A DNA stretch of 64,000 nucleotides from the human T2T-CHM13v2.0 reference genome, Homo sapiens, in NCBI RefSeq assembly GCF_009914755.1, contig NC_060927.1; one strand, written 5' to 3'. This document shows positions 28,550 through 42,385 of this stretch, piece after piece. Position 1 is the stretch's first letter, and each line of letters starts with the position of its first letter. The notes beneath the pieces are model-generated. The model did not search any database and had not been told where the DNA came from. It saw only the letters and a program-made list of their open reading frames with translations. A program made the translations under genes and the position numbers.

Positions 28550-28945
28550 AGCAATGTTTTAAAAACATTAGTTATCTGTTAGATCAATTTACTGAGTAGT
28601 AACCAACATGACAGAAAGAAAAAGGAAATAGGGAAAGAAAAAGAAGAGGGGTAGAGCAAGGGAAGGGAAGGGAAGAGAACAGAAGGGAAGGGAAGGGAAG
28701 GGAAGGGAAGGGAAGGGAAGGAAGGAGGGAGGAAGGAAGCAAGGAGAGAGAGAAGGAGGGAGGAAGGAGGAAGAAGAAAAGAGAAAGAGACAAAATAAAG
28801 TGCATTCATACAGTATGAGTAAGTACTGTTTTGTGAAACAACTTCCAGTTGAAATAATTATTTAATATACATGTTTACTGAAATACAATTTCAACATGTA
28901 TTTCTTACTGTGGTTGCAGTCTAAAAACATTTGAGTAGCACCGGC
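28550..28945. mobile_element. hAT-Charlie-type MER relic containing a GA-rich tract
   Basis: ttctagag target-like site, caatgtttt...tttgagtagcaccg termini. Confidence 0.4.
28612..28800. repeat. Purine-rich low-complexity tract with (GGGAA)n core
   Basis: Directly visible gggaagggaagggaag/ggaa repeats. Confidence 0.95.
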
Positions 28946-29299
28946 CTTGATCTTCAAAGTAAAAAATTATTTAAAACACAGACTATCAAATTTCCACAAT
29001 TGTTGGGCTAAGTTGGAAACACTTCCAAAGTTTTCCTTTCTACCAACCTAACAGCTCACTGTACAAGTTTGAGAAGAGACTTTCAGGTTTTTTCACTGTG
29101 TCTGAAGGTTCTCTCCCAAACTTTGATCCTCAATTTAAGGAGACAGAGAAAACACGAGTGATCACTTCTGAAATGCTTTTTCTTAACCACCTAAGAAGGC
29201 TTCAAATTTTAAATTTCTGCTCACTTTAGGGTCGTGCACTGAGTTTTGGGTGCAGACCCCCGGTGAACCCATACTGAGCAAGTGGCCCCACTCTGTGCT

Positions 29300-29465
29300 C
29301 CCATTGCAACTTGACCATACAAAGATGTCACAATCTCATCACTTGTCTCTCGCCAAATTGTAAGTCCCTCATGTCTGGAACTATGTATCCCTGTGTTCCC
29401 ACAATTCAGTGCCTTACATGTAGTTTTGGGCACTTTCTAAGTGTTTGGTGAATTAAAAAATGAGC
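29300..29465 (+). mobile_element. L2 3' end
   Basis: cttgtctctc..aaattgtaagtccctc...gtttggtgaatt. Confidence 0.55.
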
Positions 29466-30315
29466 AAATCTGCTATCTTTTAAGATCCACTAGGTGATGT
29501 ACCACATTTAAATTTGCTAAGTTATTTCATTAACCAGAGGGTTAACGAGATTTGCTTGCATAGTGCATGTCTGGCTTTGAAATTAGAATTCCTCCTCTTG
29601 CAATTACCAGGATTAAGTGAAGGCCTTCAAGTTACAGTGAAGGATCTGGGAGATGTGTGTTCCCATCCCACAATTTACAGCCTCCAGTGAGAGTTGCCCA
29701 TGGGACAATTATTTGCATTAGAACACAAAGAACAGCTGGGAGAGGAAGAAGAATTATATCTGGGACAGACTCCTGAGCAAAGGAGAAAGGGGTCAAGCCC
29801 AGTTTCTCAGAGAGAACCTCCCCAGGGGGATCAGGAACATACCCAGAAGCCAGAGAAGATGCTGGGATGCCATACTGGAAACCAGTTGAAACTTGGTGAG
29901 GAGAGACATTTCTAGGGGGCACCTGCTTGATGCCTCTCAGCTGCACCCCAACTTTTCTCCAAGTGGAATTATACCAATCCTTGAGAGAGAGGGTGATTAA
30001 AAATTGAGACTATATACCATCCTTTCTGTGCTAATTCAGGAGATGTAACACTGGAGGGGAGGGCCTATCTCCTCTCAGTCCGCTAAATGTGAACTTCCCC
30101 AGCAATAATGTCCTCACCGAGATAGCTTTAAGATTAATCCTTAGAACAGAGGAGACCATGGCAGTAGCAGCTCCTGTTCAGACCCTGCAGAGATGGAGTC
30201 TGGAGCCTACAGCAGCCACAGAAATACTTGAAAAGGGATCAAGAAGAGCGATGGAGACTCTCAGAGACTTTGAGGAAAGGAGAATCCTGAGATGAATTCT
30301 GGTCCAGACTGTTGC

Positions 30316-31267
30316 TATAGGGGCAGAAACGAAGTGATCCCTTTCCTCCCCATCACAAAGGCTCGCAGCCAACACCACATAACAACAACAACAACAAAAC
30401 CAGGTTAACAAGAAAGGCATAACCAATGTATTACATGCACATGTGTGCATAGGAGTCATACAAAATATGAACTCAAAGAGGGGCTGGATGGTTGAGGCTT
30501 AAATTCCCTCTTCATAGGAGAGAGGAAAATGGGGCAATGAATAGACCCAATGCTCGGATAATAGCTAGTAAATAATTCTCTTTGGGAAGGTGAGGGGAAG
30601 AACTGCACAGGAACAAAGGTTATTTTATTATGCAGAAAAAGACCCCCAGGTTATCTCTCAGAGCTGCCCTTAGGAGAATAGAAGAAAAGTCTGTCTGGGT
30701 GTGGTGATAATTCCAGGTTCTTCTCTTCTCTGGTGGTTAATCTCTCCTGGTTATTTGATGAGATTCCTGGGGAAGGTGTTTAAGACAATTGCAATTTTTT
30801 TTTTTTCTTTTGAGAGAGTCTTGCTCTGTCTCACAGGCTGGAGTGCAGTGGTGCAATCTCGGCTCACTGCAAGCTCCACCTCCTGGGTTCAAAGCAATTC
30901 TCCTGCCTCAGCCTCCTGAGTAGCTGGGATTACAGGCACGTGCCACCATACCCAGCTAATTTTGGTATTTTTAGTAGAGATGGGATTTCATCATGTTGGC
31001 CAGGCTGGTCTTGAACTCCTGACCTCAGGTGATCCACCTGCCTTGGCCTCCCAAAATGCTAGGATGACATGTGTGAGCCACTGCCCCTGGCCAATTCTTT
31101 CTGAAGTTTTTCTCAGTCAGATAAGAATTCCACAGAGAGCCCTTTCCCTGCACTTCAGGGGAAAGAAAAAGGCAAGGCTAGAGGGACCTTGGTTCTGAGG
31201 CAGCTTCTAAGGCCCCTCAGCGTGTCTAAGCACCAGTCTTTGAGGTATCACTTTCTGAGCCCCATCA
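30316..31267 (-). mobile_element. ERV1 solo LTR (MER31/MER67-like) with nested Alu
   Basis: Reverse complement starts tgatggggctcagaaagtgatacctcaaagactggtgc; approximate TSD ttgc/ttgg. Confidence 0.7.
30795..31092 (-). mobile_element. AluS
   Basis: Antisense dimer inside the LTR. Confidence 0.96.
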
Positions 31268-32029
31268 TTGGGAAGCCGTGGAAAATTGAAGTTAGCTTCA
31301 CTCCTGTCACCATTATTAGTGAACCCACTGTCTGACCTTTCCCAACTGATGTGGCATGGCAAAAAATAGGCACCTCCCTCCCAGCACTGTGGAAAATCCT
31401 TCAGCATAAATCAGCCTTTTTCCAGATAATTCAGATATCTGCCAGTCCAACTCTGGGAAGCTCATTTATGTCCAGGAAATGTGTTCGTGAGTCAGGCCCT
31501 ATAAGCATAATTTCATTATTAGAAAATGTTACTATTCTATGAGGAACTATAGATTGGGACTCTACCTCTTGGCCTATTTTAATTTTAGGATATGGGGTTC
31601 CATTGTGTAATGCACACTTCTGTATGAAGCCACAGAAATCCCTTCTGAAATTTTCAGTTGGGTAATACTCTTGTTTCTATTCTGTTATCACATTAATTAG
31701 CTGAAAACTTGTATCAAAACTTCTAGGAATTTTTAAAGCATTGTATAACTGTTGAAAGAGACTTACACAAAGCAATACTGCCATTGACTCATGGTTTCCA
31801 ATAAGAGGGATAAAAACCAAGACTCCTTATTTCTTAAGAATAATCTATCCATTGAAATGTCATCTACTTGTTCTATTAAAGACCTTTGCTGCTGCATGAT
31901 GTATTAGCTCTTGGGAAGTAGAGTCTGTCCTTATGTTAAAAGAAAGAGAAAACATTAGGACCTTATGTTTTTAAGATTTTAATTTCTATGCTGCAGGTTA
32001 GAATGGAAAATTACCAAAAACAGCCGTAA

Positions 32030-33070
32030 TACCTGCCATTTGTTCTGTATTTACCATGAGCCAAGTGCCTTATATGCAATATCGTATTTAATCCTCAAAA
32101 TCATCCTAGCAGCAAAGCTGACACTCTGCTACTACACAATAGCAGATTGTTAAACTACAGAAGTATTTCTTTACTGGTTGGTATATACTCACTGCCCTGA
32201 ACCCACTGAGTAACAGCCCCCTCCCACTCATGCATACACACTCTACCATTACCTTTCCACTTCCAGGACTGTTCCATGATTCAGGACTGAAGTGTTAATG
32301 CCAACGACTGTTGCGATTGGTCAGTGACCATCCTGTACTTGTGGCTAAATATCTCTAATGTCACCCTTGCCTATGGAGTAGATATGGTTATCTTCATCTG
32401 GAGATGAGGAACCAGAAGCTTTAAGGAGTATGACAGACTCTATTTTCCAAAATTGGCTAAAAATAATTTCCAATCATTCATGCTCTTCAAGAAACTTGTC
32501 ACTTCCCTATCAAGAGTTGGAGTCTATCTCTCATCCCTAGAAACTGTGTGGGCCTGTGTGGCTGTCTCAATGAATCGGATGTGGCAGATGTATGACTTCT
32601 GGAGCTGGGTTATCAAAGGCAATAACAGTTTCCACTTGACTCTCTCTCCAGACACCTGCTGGTGGATTACAAACACCATGTAGAAGAAGTCCAAGCCTCA
32701 AGAAGAGGTCACGTGCAAGTGCTCTGGCCAAAAGCCTCAGCTGAGGTCCCAAACATGTGAGTGAATGAGCCTTTAGATTATCTCATCTTCCAGCTGTTGA
32801 GTTGGTACTCAACCTTAACTTCCAGCTAAGGCCCCAGACATTTTGGAAAAGTGACAAATTGCCCTGCTATGCCTTGTCTAAATTTTTGACCCCAAAATTT
32901 ATGAGTATACAATACAGGGGGAATTCTTTATATGGCAATACATAATCATAACAGAAAAGCTAAACAATTTGCCCAAGGTAATATAGCTTGTACTTGGTGA
33001 AGCCAGGATTTCAACCTAAAATTACCTGACTTTGAAAGCAAGCATTCTTAACTACCAGGTGACATTGCTC
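32030..33070 (-). mobile_element. MIR split in three by a probable DNA-transposon relic (~32110-32370) and an MLT1 LTR
   Basis: Collinear MIR pieces: atttaatcctcaaaa | gagatgaggaaccagaagct | tttgcccaaggt...agccaggatttcaacc. Confidence 0.55.
32431..32952 (+). mobile_element. MLT1G/H-like LTR
   Basis: cttccctatcaagagttggagtctat; acatgtgagtgaatgagccttt; gcaatacataatcataaca. Confidence 0.75.
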
Positions 33071-33109
33071 CTGTGAGTAAAACTCCAAGAGGCAACATGG
33101 TAGGGTAAA

Positions 33110-33540
33110 GATGCTAGCTGGACCATCTTTCAGCTGGACATATGAGGTTGATGAATGGGCCAGGGCTGGCATCATTCTCCATGGTGTTCACCCAGGCTCC
33201 TCTTATTTCAAGGCTCTACCATGCGTGGTTTCTATTCCTAACATAATCTCCTGGCCCAAGATGGCTGTTCCAACTCTAGGCATCATATCTCCATTCCAGT
33301 CATAAGGAAGATGGATAGAATAGAAGAGCAGGCACCCCTCTTTTCTAGAAAACATTCTGAAAGGTACAGACTCTATTTCTGCTTACATCCCACTATTCAG
33401 AAATTAGTCACATGGCACATCTAGCTGTAAGTGATGTTGGGTGATCATGTATCCAGCTAAAAACTAGGGGCATGTTTCAGTAGATTCTAGAGTATAAAAA
33501 AAGAGCTCTAATATTGGAATAATTGGCAATCTCTGCCATA
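33110..33540 (-). mobile_element. MLT1J/K-like LTR
   Basis: ccaagatggctg; cttacatcccact..cagaaattagtcacatggc; ctctgccata end. Confidence 0.65.
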
Positions 33541-34981
33541 GAAAAGAAAGGAGATTGGGTAGGAAATGAATGTTTCCAGTTGGGAGCCATGATAATCCCT
33601 CACTTTCTTTACTTCCTCCAATACTTTAAAAAATGTTTATCATCTATTATTAAATATCTTCTAGAGGATTTAAACTGATTCAACTGTAAGAGTTTTTGGA
33701 TACCCTGAGACAACACAAATCTCCTAACTGTGTTGTAAGGGTAGATTTGCCCTGAAAACAATCTGAGCTCAAACTACTATGGCCCATCATACTCCAGAAA
33801 ACTGGAAATGCTAGGCAGATCAAGAACCCAACAAGAAAAAATTGTGTCCTGTTTAGACATCATACCACAGAAAGCCATACAGAAAACCTCATTGAGAAAT
33901 AAAGGTTATGATGAACTTTGCAAGAATCCATTTCCAGTGAGCAAGATGCATTTCTTTCCTCTTAAGTGTATCTAGAGTATTTCAGATGATGCCTGCTCAG
34001 ATGGCTACACTAATGAGCTGATTTCACTGATTACTCCCTGAAATTGGAATGTCTACTCTTTTCACTTCCAAGAATCTTCCCAACATGAAAAACATTTGGA
34101 TGGGTGGGGGTGGAAATCACAGCATCCCTTAGAGCAAACACACCATTTAAAGTTCTTATCACAAGACTCTGAGTTGGATATTTTCCTGTGCTTGATGACT
34201 TAGTCATAAAAATTCTTTAAAGGAAATTAAAATGCAATAACCAATGGTAGTGAGTTTAAAGGGAGGAAAATTATAGCATCCCACAACACAGATCTGGCCT
34301 TATATCATTTTGATGTTTGAGCTGAAAATTTGATACCGTGTAAGCAAATAAAATGGAAAATCAAATAAGGCTTAACAATAGGGAGATATGGCTATATATG
34401 AAACGATCTGTTAGCACAAAAAAATGCTGAATCTGCTCTCTGAATTCAAGTCTATTTGATCTTAGAGATGTTTCCAACTCGTTTCTACAAGAAAAGGGGT
34501 TACAGCTTGCATAGAATGTTCCACCTAGGCCTTTGGGATGAGGTTGGGAAAGGATATGTAACAAGAAGACCTGATCCTATGAATTTCTCCCTGGCATTTG
34601 ATCCAGAAATTAACCTGGGCAAGAGCTCTGAGACCTGTACTGTATGACGAAAAAGGGGTGGGCAACTGGGTGAGAGAAGAGGGGACATCTGTGTGCAGAA
34701 AAATTTTGCTATGAATATTTCCCTCAGCCACATGTACAGCCCACTTAAGTAAAATAAAAGTAGCTTGAGTTTGCATAGTATTTTGTGATGTGCAAATAGG
34801 GCTCACAAACATAACCTTTAGCCCTCTATAAGGCTCTTGGCAGCTTGTAGGGAGGCATGATTGACTAAATAATTCTGATAAAGAAAACTAAGATTCAGAG
34901 CAGTTGCAATTTGCCAGCTGGTGAGCAGTGACCAAGCCAGGTCTTATGCTGCTAAATAGATTATTCTCTCCACTACACCAC

Positions 34982-35310
34982 TGCTATGGTTTGAATGTCT
35001 CCTCCAAAACTCATGTTGAAACTTAATCCCCAATGTACTATGACAGTACTGAGAGGTAGGGCTTTTAAGAGGTGACTGGATAATGAGGGCTCTGCCCTCA
35101 GGAATGAATAAATCCATTTATTGATTAATTAATGGGTTAATGGATTAATGGGTTATCATGGGAGGGAAACGGGTGTCTTTATAAAAGAGGAAGAGAGACT
35201 TGAGTAAGCACTTTTGCAAATTAACATGCTCAGCCCCCTTGCCATGTGATATCCTGCGCTGCCTTGGGACACTGCAGAATCCCCACCAGCAAGAAGGTTA
35301 TAAACAACAG
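34982..35310 (+). mobile_element. MST (MSTC/D-like) LTR, 3'-truncated
   Basis: tgctatggtttgaatgtctcctccaaaactcatgttgaaacttaatcccc...gagggctctgccctca. Confidence 0.85.
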
Positions 35311-35419
35311 AAAACAGACTAAGACAATCACCTCTCTCTCTCTCAATGTATCTATCATTATCTCTCAATCTCTACTTTCCCAGGAGTCCAGACTGCAGAA
35401 GCACATACAACATAAGTTC

Positions 35420-35630
35420 AGTGGTTTTAAAATATGTCCACAAATTCTTCAATACCCATCCCTTTAAATGTGAAGCCCAATTCCTCGTCCTGTCAGCATG
35501 GACCAGATTTAGTGACTCACTTCTAACAAATAAAATATGGTAGAAATGATTAGGTCATGAGTGGCATTGTGGCATTGTGGCCTCGTCCCTGCTCTCTCTT
35601 GGATCACTCACTCTGGGGGAAGCCTATAGG
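35420..35630 (+). mobile_element. MLT1E/F-like LTR fragment
   Basis: gtggttttaaaatatgtccacaaattctt...ggatcactcactctgggggaagcc. Confidence 0.7.
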
Positions 35631-35739
35631 CTTTGCTCACAATGTGATTACTTAAGATACCTCAGGAGCCAAGCATTGTATTTGAAAACGGTCTAGCAAA
35701 GAAGATAATTAACAGATGAAAAGTAGGAGGTTGAATTTA

Positions 35740-35995
35740 AAAAGAGGTTACATACTTAATGGTTCCAACTCTATGACATTCTGGCAACGGCAAAACTATG
35801 GATACAGTATAAAGATCAGTGGTTGCCAGGTGTTATGGGAGAAGGAGGTAGAGCACAGAGGATTTTTAAGGCAGTGAAACTATTCTGTGTGATACAGTAA
35901 TGGTAGATACATGTCAAAATGCATTGTACCCACAGAATGTTCAACATGAAGAGTGAACCCTAACGTGAACTATGAACTTTGAGTGATAATAATGA
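35740..35995 (+). mobile_element. L1MC 3' UTR fragment
   Basis: tgacattctgg..aggcaaaactatgga...gagtgaaccctaacgtgaactatgaactttgagtgataat. Confidence 0.8.
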
Positions 35996-37507
35996 CTCTT
36001 CAAAGAAGAAATGACTCTATTACCTATGGCCCCATTTTACTCTGTAACATCTCAGAAAATGGAGAGAACCCCCAGATGATGAAAATGAAATATTAATGTG
36101 CTTCTTAAGCACGTTAATACTTAGCACTGGGAGACCTGCCCATTGCTAAGTATCTGCTTTAGCAAGAGGACCTGACGTTTCCATTCAACTATATTCTCTA
36201 ATCCCAGACCCTGGAAGCCTGTGGAACCACTCATCTGGCCCCAGGTAGGGGTTTCAGAGACCAGCTGGGTGCTAGGATGAGGTGGGGCTGGTTTGTGTGC
36301 TGTAAGTCCAGAGCCCAGGGCACTCAGACAGACAAAGGTCGCATCAACAGTCAGACCTGCTGCAATGGAAATGAAGGGCCAGGCGTAGGGAGCCATGAAG
36401 AGGGAGGCAAATCAGACAATGGGGCCAGGAGCATGGAGACCCTCTGAGATGGAAAACATAAAAGCTGAGACCTTTTTATAAAACATCACTCTCAAATGAG
36501 GAGAGAACTGCTAAGGTGTGGCCCTTAAACTGTGCCTTTCTTTCTCATAGGGCTATTGTAAGCACTCGGTGAACTCATACATTTATAAACACTTAATACT
36601 CTGCTTAGCACATAGTAAATGCTTAACAAAGATTAGTTATTGTTGTTACTGTTGTTTCTAAACCTAAACAGAAGCTGCAACAGCTCCAAGAAAAGAAGTG
36701 CCGGAGGAACCCACACACCCCTCAGTGACAAATATGCATCTTGACAGCATGCTAGCAGTTCTCAAAAAGCATTCTGCTGAACTGATGCCTTCTGCTTTAG
36801 GAGATGGGCCATTTCAGCCAAGGCACCAGAATCCCACCAGCTACAGTCCTGCCTCACCCCAGGCTTGGAAAGCCATGGGGGCTGTCCAGGGTTGAGGGCT
36901 GCCCAGGTTGGGGCTTCCAGTTCTGTTGCAGTGTGCACTATGGGAACACTCCACACTCATACAGTCAGCCTCAACCTTGGCCCTTAGCATGTGGTAGGCA
37001 AGGAAACACTGTTTGCTTCTTGCAGGAGGAGACGTGACCTGAGAAAATCAAGTTGCCATTATCTCAGGCACAGGCAACCCTGAAGACTATATCAATTCCC
37101 CCAGTTTATTGAAGGAGATGTTCCTAGGGTTATCTTTAGAATTCCCACTCCAAATGCTTTAGCAAGAAGAGAATTTTATTGATTAGCAATGAGATGAAAC
37201 TACTTCTCTTAGTCATCACAGTCATAGAAGAAGGAGCCTTGGCTTGTCAGTAGGACAGAGAAAATACATGTTGTTAAAAAAAAAAAAAGACGTAGATAGC
37301 GCTCCCAGGGAACTTTCACTTCCTCCCTGGTGAAGCAGCTCTCCTTATCTCCATCTGTGTTTCTTGTGGCCAAGAATGGAAGATTCAGAAGTCTGGGGCT
37401 CCTTATACAGTTCACTATAGAGACCTATTCTCCACAAATATTCCAGCATCTGTGCTGTATTCTCAGTTAAGTTGACTTTTAGATTTGGATGCATCTGGTA
37501 ATGTCAG

Positions 37508-37720
37508 TCATTCATTCAGAAACGTGTATCAAGGACCTCTCATGTGTCAGGTGCTGTGCTAGGACCTGGGAGTGAAAAGATGGATAAGATATATTATCTG
37601 CTCTCCAGGAAATCTGTCTGCCTGGTGAGGTCACAGACATGAGGAAAAAATAATGTAGTAAGTTCTGCCAGTATAGGACAGGTATGTTATTATAGGACTC
37701 CACGGAATATACAGGGTCTA
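37508..37720 (-). mobile_element. L2 3' end
   Basis: tcattcattca...tgtgtcaggtgctgtgctagg. Confidence 0.65.
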
Positions 37721-39127
37721 TGTCCATAATTCATCACCTGATGAATGTCTTAGAGTTTACCCCTGTCTGGGAGAGCTGTGTTTTAACAAAAATGCTAAAA
37801 GACAGAAAGACTTTCAAGATGAAAAGGAATTGATCTGTAGGGTAGAAACTTCTTACCAGTAATAAATATTTGGGGGCAGGGATTTTCCTGTTGCATTTCA
37901 ATCATCTGAATCCACTCCTATTAGAAATCAGTCCTAGGACCCATGTTTGTAATTCAAATGCCCCCACCCTCAGGCTGAGTATCTTATTAAAAAAATCACT
38001 CAATAGTAACAGGTTTCTCCATGGGAAGTAGAAGACTTGTTTGCTGTTGAGAAAAGTAGGATTTTTACCACATCTTTATGCTTAGGACACGATTTCTCCT
38101 AAGGTCCAAACCCCTTTTCAGGGGAAGAAGACGCCGGGAGTCTCTTGCTAATGCATCATTATTTATCTGGTAAAGGGGTGCTAAGTTGGGTTCTGGCCAG
38201 GGAGAGGAGACCATCCTGAGTCTGTCCAGCAGCATCAGCTAAAATTAGGCATTATCTCAGCTGGCAGCATCTCTCTCCTTTGTAGAAAGCTATTATGGGA
38301 AGTAAAGTGATCTAGTTCTTGCCTTTTTACAACCAGTTTCTGGCTACGAATGATGTCACTGGATGATCTCAACTGCAAAGAAAAGGTGAAGTGCCCTGCA
38401 TGCTTCTGGCATCCTGGAAAGAGCCCCAGCTTTTAACTCTGCCCTGCCCACTGCCACTGACCATGGCCAAAGTTAGGACCAGTCCATCGTGGAGCCCCAT
38501 TCCTGCCAGAAGAAGACACTTATTTTAAAACAAACAAAACTGGAGGAATAACCCCCTGAAGTTGAATATTTAAAGAATATCCAAACGACAAACACTGTGG
38601 GAAGCAGTCCAAGCAAGAAACCCAGGACAAATAAAGGACATATATAGATCCTCACCCTGCCCTCAAAGTGTTAACAACATACCTGCAAATACATCTCCAT
38701 AGAGCAAGACTATCTAAGAGTCACCTCTATCCAGGGCTTTATGAGCAACTGATATACTAAATGCTGTAAAAGGGAAGAGGAAGAGGAGGAGAGCAATTCT
38801 GTGGTCTGGGGTGGTCAAAGAATGCTTTACAGAGGACATGGGGCTTGAGTTGGGTCTTGGATCTCAGAAAAAGGTAAGACAGTCCCAGAACCAACAATTG
38901 TAACTCAAATGACATTTTGGGCATCTGAGTCAGGAATCTGAATTGTTCATGTAAGCAGTATGGCACATTAATTGCTGAAGCTTAGGTTGGTTCACTTATT
39001 AATTTCTATTAAGCTAGAAATTGACCTTAACTGGAAAAGACTTGTTTTTATGAAATGACTAAATCAATTTAAATGGAAATAAACCAACGTATTCTTCCAA
39101 TATGACTGATTCAAACTAAAACAAAGG

Positions 39128-39674
39128 CATTTATTCAATCAACAAACACTGAGTATCTGCTAGTGCCAGTCAATGTTCTAGGCACTGGAGGCACAAAGGA
39201 GAATAAGACACACAAGTTCCTGCCTGTGGAGCTTACAGTTTGGTAAGGGAAAGACAGACAATAAAAAGATTAAATAACAAGGATGTATCAGGAACAGATA
39301 GGATGAAAATAAAACCAAGTTGTGTATTAGAACTATTAATTCAGATTGGGTGATCAGGGATGGATTCTCTGGGAAAATGACATTTAACAAGAAACATAAA
39401 TGACAAAAAAAGGAGTTAGAAAGGTCAAGATGGGATGGTGGGATCATTCCAGGCAAAAGGAACAAATGCAAAGGGACTAAGGTAGATATAAGCTTAATGT
39501 GCTCAAGAAGTAGAAAGAAGCTAAAGGGTGGAAAGTGATGGACAAGGGAGAGGGTGGCACAAAATTAGTTAGATAAGCTAGGCAAGGCCATGTCACGGGC
39601 CTTGGAGATGCAGTTTTGATCTTAAAGGGGTCATAGGAAGTATGGTTGGAGAACAGGAGACAGAATTTAAGCAT
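39128..39674 (-). mobile_element. L2
   Basis: catttattcaatcaacaaaca; cattccaggcaaaaggaacaaatgcaaagg. Confidence 0.7.
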
Positions 39675-40030
39675 TGCAATAGTTAATGTTATGCAACAAC
39701 TTGACTAGCTAAGGAATGCCCAAATCATTAGTAAAACATTATTTCTGGGGTGTCTCTGAGGGTGTGTCTGGAAGAGATTAGTATTTGAATCTGTAAACTG
39801 AATAAATAAGATCCACTCTCATCAATGTGGGTTGGCATTATCCAATCCATTGCGGGCCTGAATAGAACAAAAGGCAGAGGAAGGGTGAATTTTCTTCTGT
39901 TTGAGCTGGGACATCATCTTCTCCTGCCCTCAGACATTGGGACTCCTGGTTCTTGGGCCAGGACTTCCACCATAGGCTCCCCACCCATCTCCTATTGGTT
40001 CCATTTCTTTGACATCCCCTGATTAATACA
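39675..40030 (+). mobile_element. MLT2B-like ERVL LTR
   Basis: gtaaaacattatttctggggtgtctctgagggtg...tcctattggttc...taataca. Confidence 0.85.
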
Positions 40031-40178
40031 AATATGGATCTCCTCTGGTTCCCTCTGGGCTCTTCAGCAAGTCACTCACCAGTCTAAAACTGGATCTTCT
40101 TGTCTCCACGAGAAAAGAAGAAGTTAGCTTTCATCAGTCACTCTGTGTGTGGAATGTTATATAATGTTGTGCAAGACA

Positions 40179-40228
40179 TTAGGTTGGTGCAAACTTAATT
40201 GTGGTTTTTTATTTGCACCAACCCGATA
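40179..40228. mobile_element. MADE1 (Hsmar1 MITE), internally deleted
   Basis: Inverted termini ttaggttggtgcaaa ... tttgcaccaacc; ~50 bp versus the ~80-bp consensus. Confidence 0.85.
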
Positions 40229-40814
40229 CATAAAAAATTTTAAAGACATTATTATTATTAACCAGATGCCAACTGCATTTATAAAATTTTATTTTCTTAG
40301 TCATCTCAATTTTGTAAATTAGTTTCAAACCAACAAAGCAAACTCCATTTTGTGCTTAGGAGAGGTGTACACACTAGGCTAGCAAGCCCTGTGGGAGTCT
40401 ATTTATAAAAGAATAAGAGAGTCAAGGTTGTGTTCTGAATGCCCATTTTATATGCATGGCTTGAGTTAAGTTCTTTATGCATAATTCATATGGTCATTTA
40501 CAGGCTTTTACATGACTCTTCCTTTAAGAGTTAACTAACAAAGAGGACATTATCAGCCATGGCACCAGGATATTATGCAAATCTTTCTATCTCTGAGCCA
40601 ACAGAAAAGGGGATGGGTTGATTAATTAAAAAGATGAAGGAGGAAATGGGGGGTTCACACCCCTCTTGATGTTACTCATCATTTATTAATGTATTTAACT
40701 GAAAATAATTTTGAAGGATAAATGTGACTGTGTATTACCTCTGGTTGTGAAGGCACTGCTTAACCCTGTGCATAACCATTTGAGTAGATGGAAAATGTTT
40801 GATTTCATTCATTT

Positions 40815-41274
40815 CACAAGAAGCCCCACAATATGCCATCTGTAACCTGGAGAAGCAGGCAAGCTGGGGTGTAATTCAGTTTGAGTCCAAAGGCCTTTGA
40901 ACTGGAGTGGGGGAGTAGGTGTCGGAGGGCAGGGGGTGCTAGTTTAAGTCCCTGAGTCTAAAAGCTTAAGAACCAGGAGCTGCTCCAATGTCTGAGGGGA
41001 GAAAAAGATGAATATATCAGCTCAAAAGTGAGAGGGAGTCCACCCTTGCTCCCCCATTTTGCTGTATCCCAGTGGACCCTCACTGGACTGGATGATGGCT
41101 GCCCACATTGGGGAGGGCAATCTTCCTCACTCAATCTGCTGATTCAGTGCTAATCCTTCCCAGAAACAGCCTCACAAACTCACCTAGAAATAATGTTTCA
41201 CCAGCTATCTAGGCATCCCTTAGCCCAGCTTGACACATAAAATCAATCATCACACAATATAAGTAAAAATATTT
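40815..41274 (-). mobile_element. MLT2C/D-like ERVL LTR
   Basis: gtaattcagtttgagtccaaaggcc; gcccacattggggagggcaatct; tgacacataaaatcaatcatcaca. Confidence 0.85.
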
Positions 41275-41539
41275 GTCTGTATTTACCTTCATACATCGTG
41301 AGAGGGGCTACACAAATGTATGAACAGAAGGAGGCAGGAATTATTGGGGGCCATCTTGAAGACAGGTTACCACTGCCCTGTCACTATTAAACCATATATT
41401 AGCCCTGGACCAACTATACGGATTTTTGCTTTTGAAAAACATAAACACCTATCATGTTTATGCTAACATACTTGGAGTCTTTTTCTTACATCTGCCTAAT
41501 CTATCTCCTAATGAAACCACTAATTTGCCACACAAAATT

Positions 41540-41870
41540 AGAAAAGCCAGCTGGAATCAGCTCACAAAGGGCCCTCAATGCTAAATTAAAAGCTTGGGCA
41601 AACCACTGAAGATTTTTGAATACTATTTTCAGTAGATTAATCAATCAGGCAACGGAATGGATCACAGTGAGGAGAGCCTGAAGTCAAGAAGATAATTCCA
41701 GGGGCCGTTACCTGAACTAAAATGGTGGCCATGAGAGTTAGAAGAAGTGCTAGATGTGAGAGACACTGAGGAAGAAGAGTCCCCAGGACATGAAGAGTGA
41801 CCAGAGGTGTGAGGCAAGGGAGTTGGAGGAGTCAGGATGACCTCCATCATCCTGGGGTGTCTGGGGGATA
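41540..41870 (-). mobile_element. L2
   Basis: accactgaagatttttga; ggaggagtcaggatgacctcca. Confidence 0.6.
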
Positions 41871-42050
41871 TGAGGTACTGTTAGATCATCTCAACAAGAC
41901 ACATGCATATTTTAACAACTCTGGAGCAAATAATAGAATTCTCTAAAGGGGTAGGCTGTAATGGGAATGTCAGGCAATGGAGAACAGGCAGTGAGAGAAC
42001 TTCATCTGAGGCCAAGCCAAACCTAGATGGGTCCTTCAAAACCCTACCTC

Positions 42051-42385
<335 letters not shown>

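Noticed and set aside
28579-28809. Leu/Pro/Ser/Phe-rich ORFs
   Set aside because: Translation of the GA-rich low-complexity tract.
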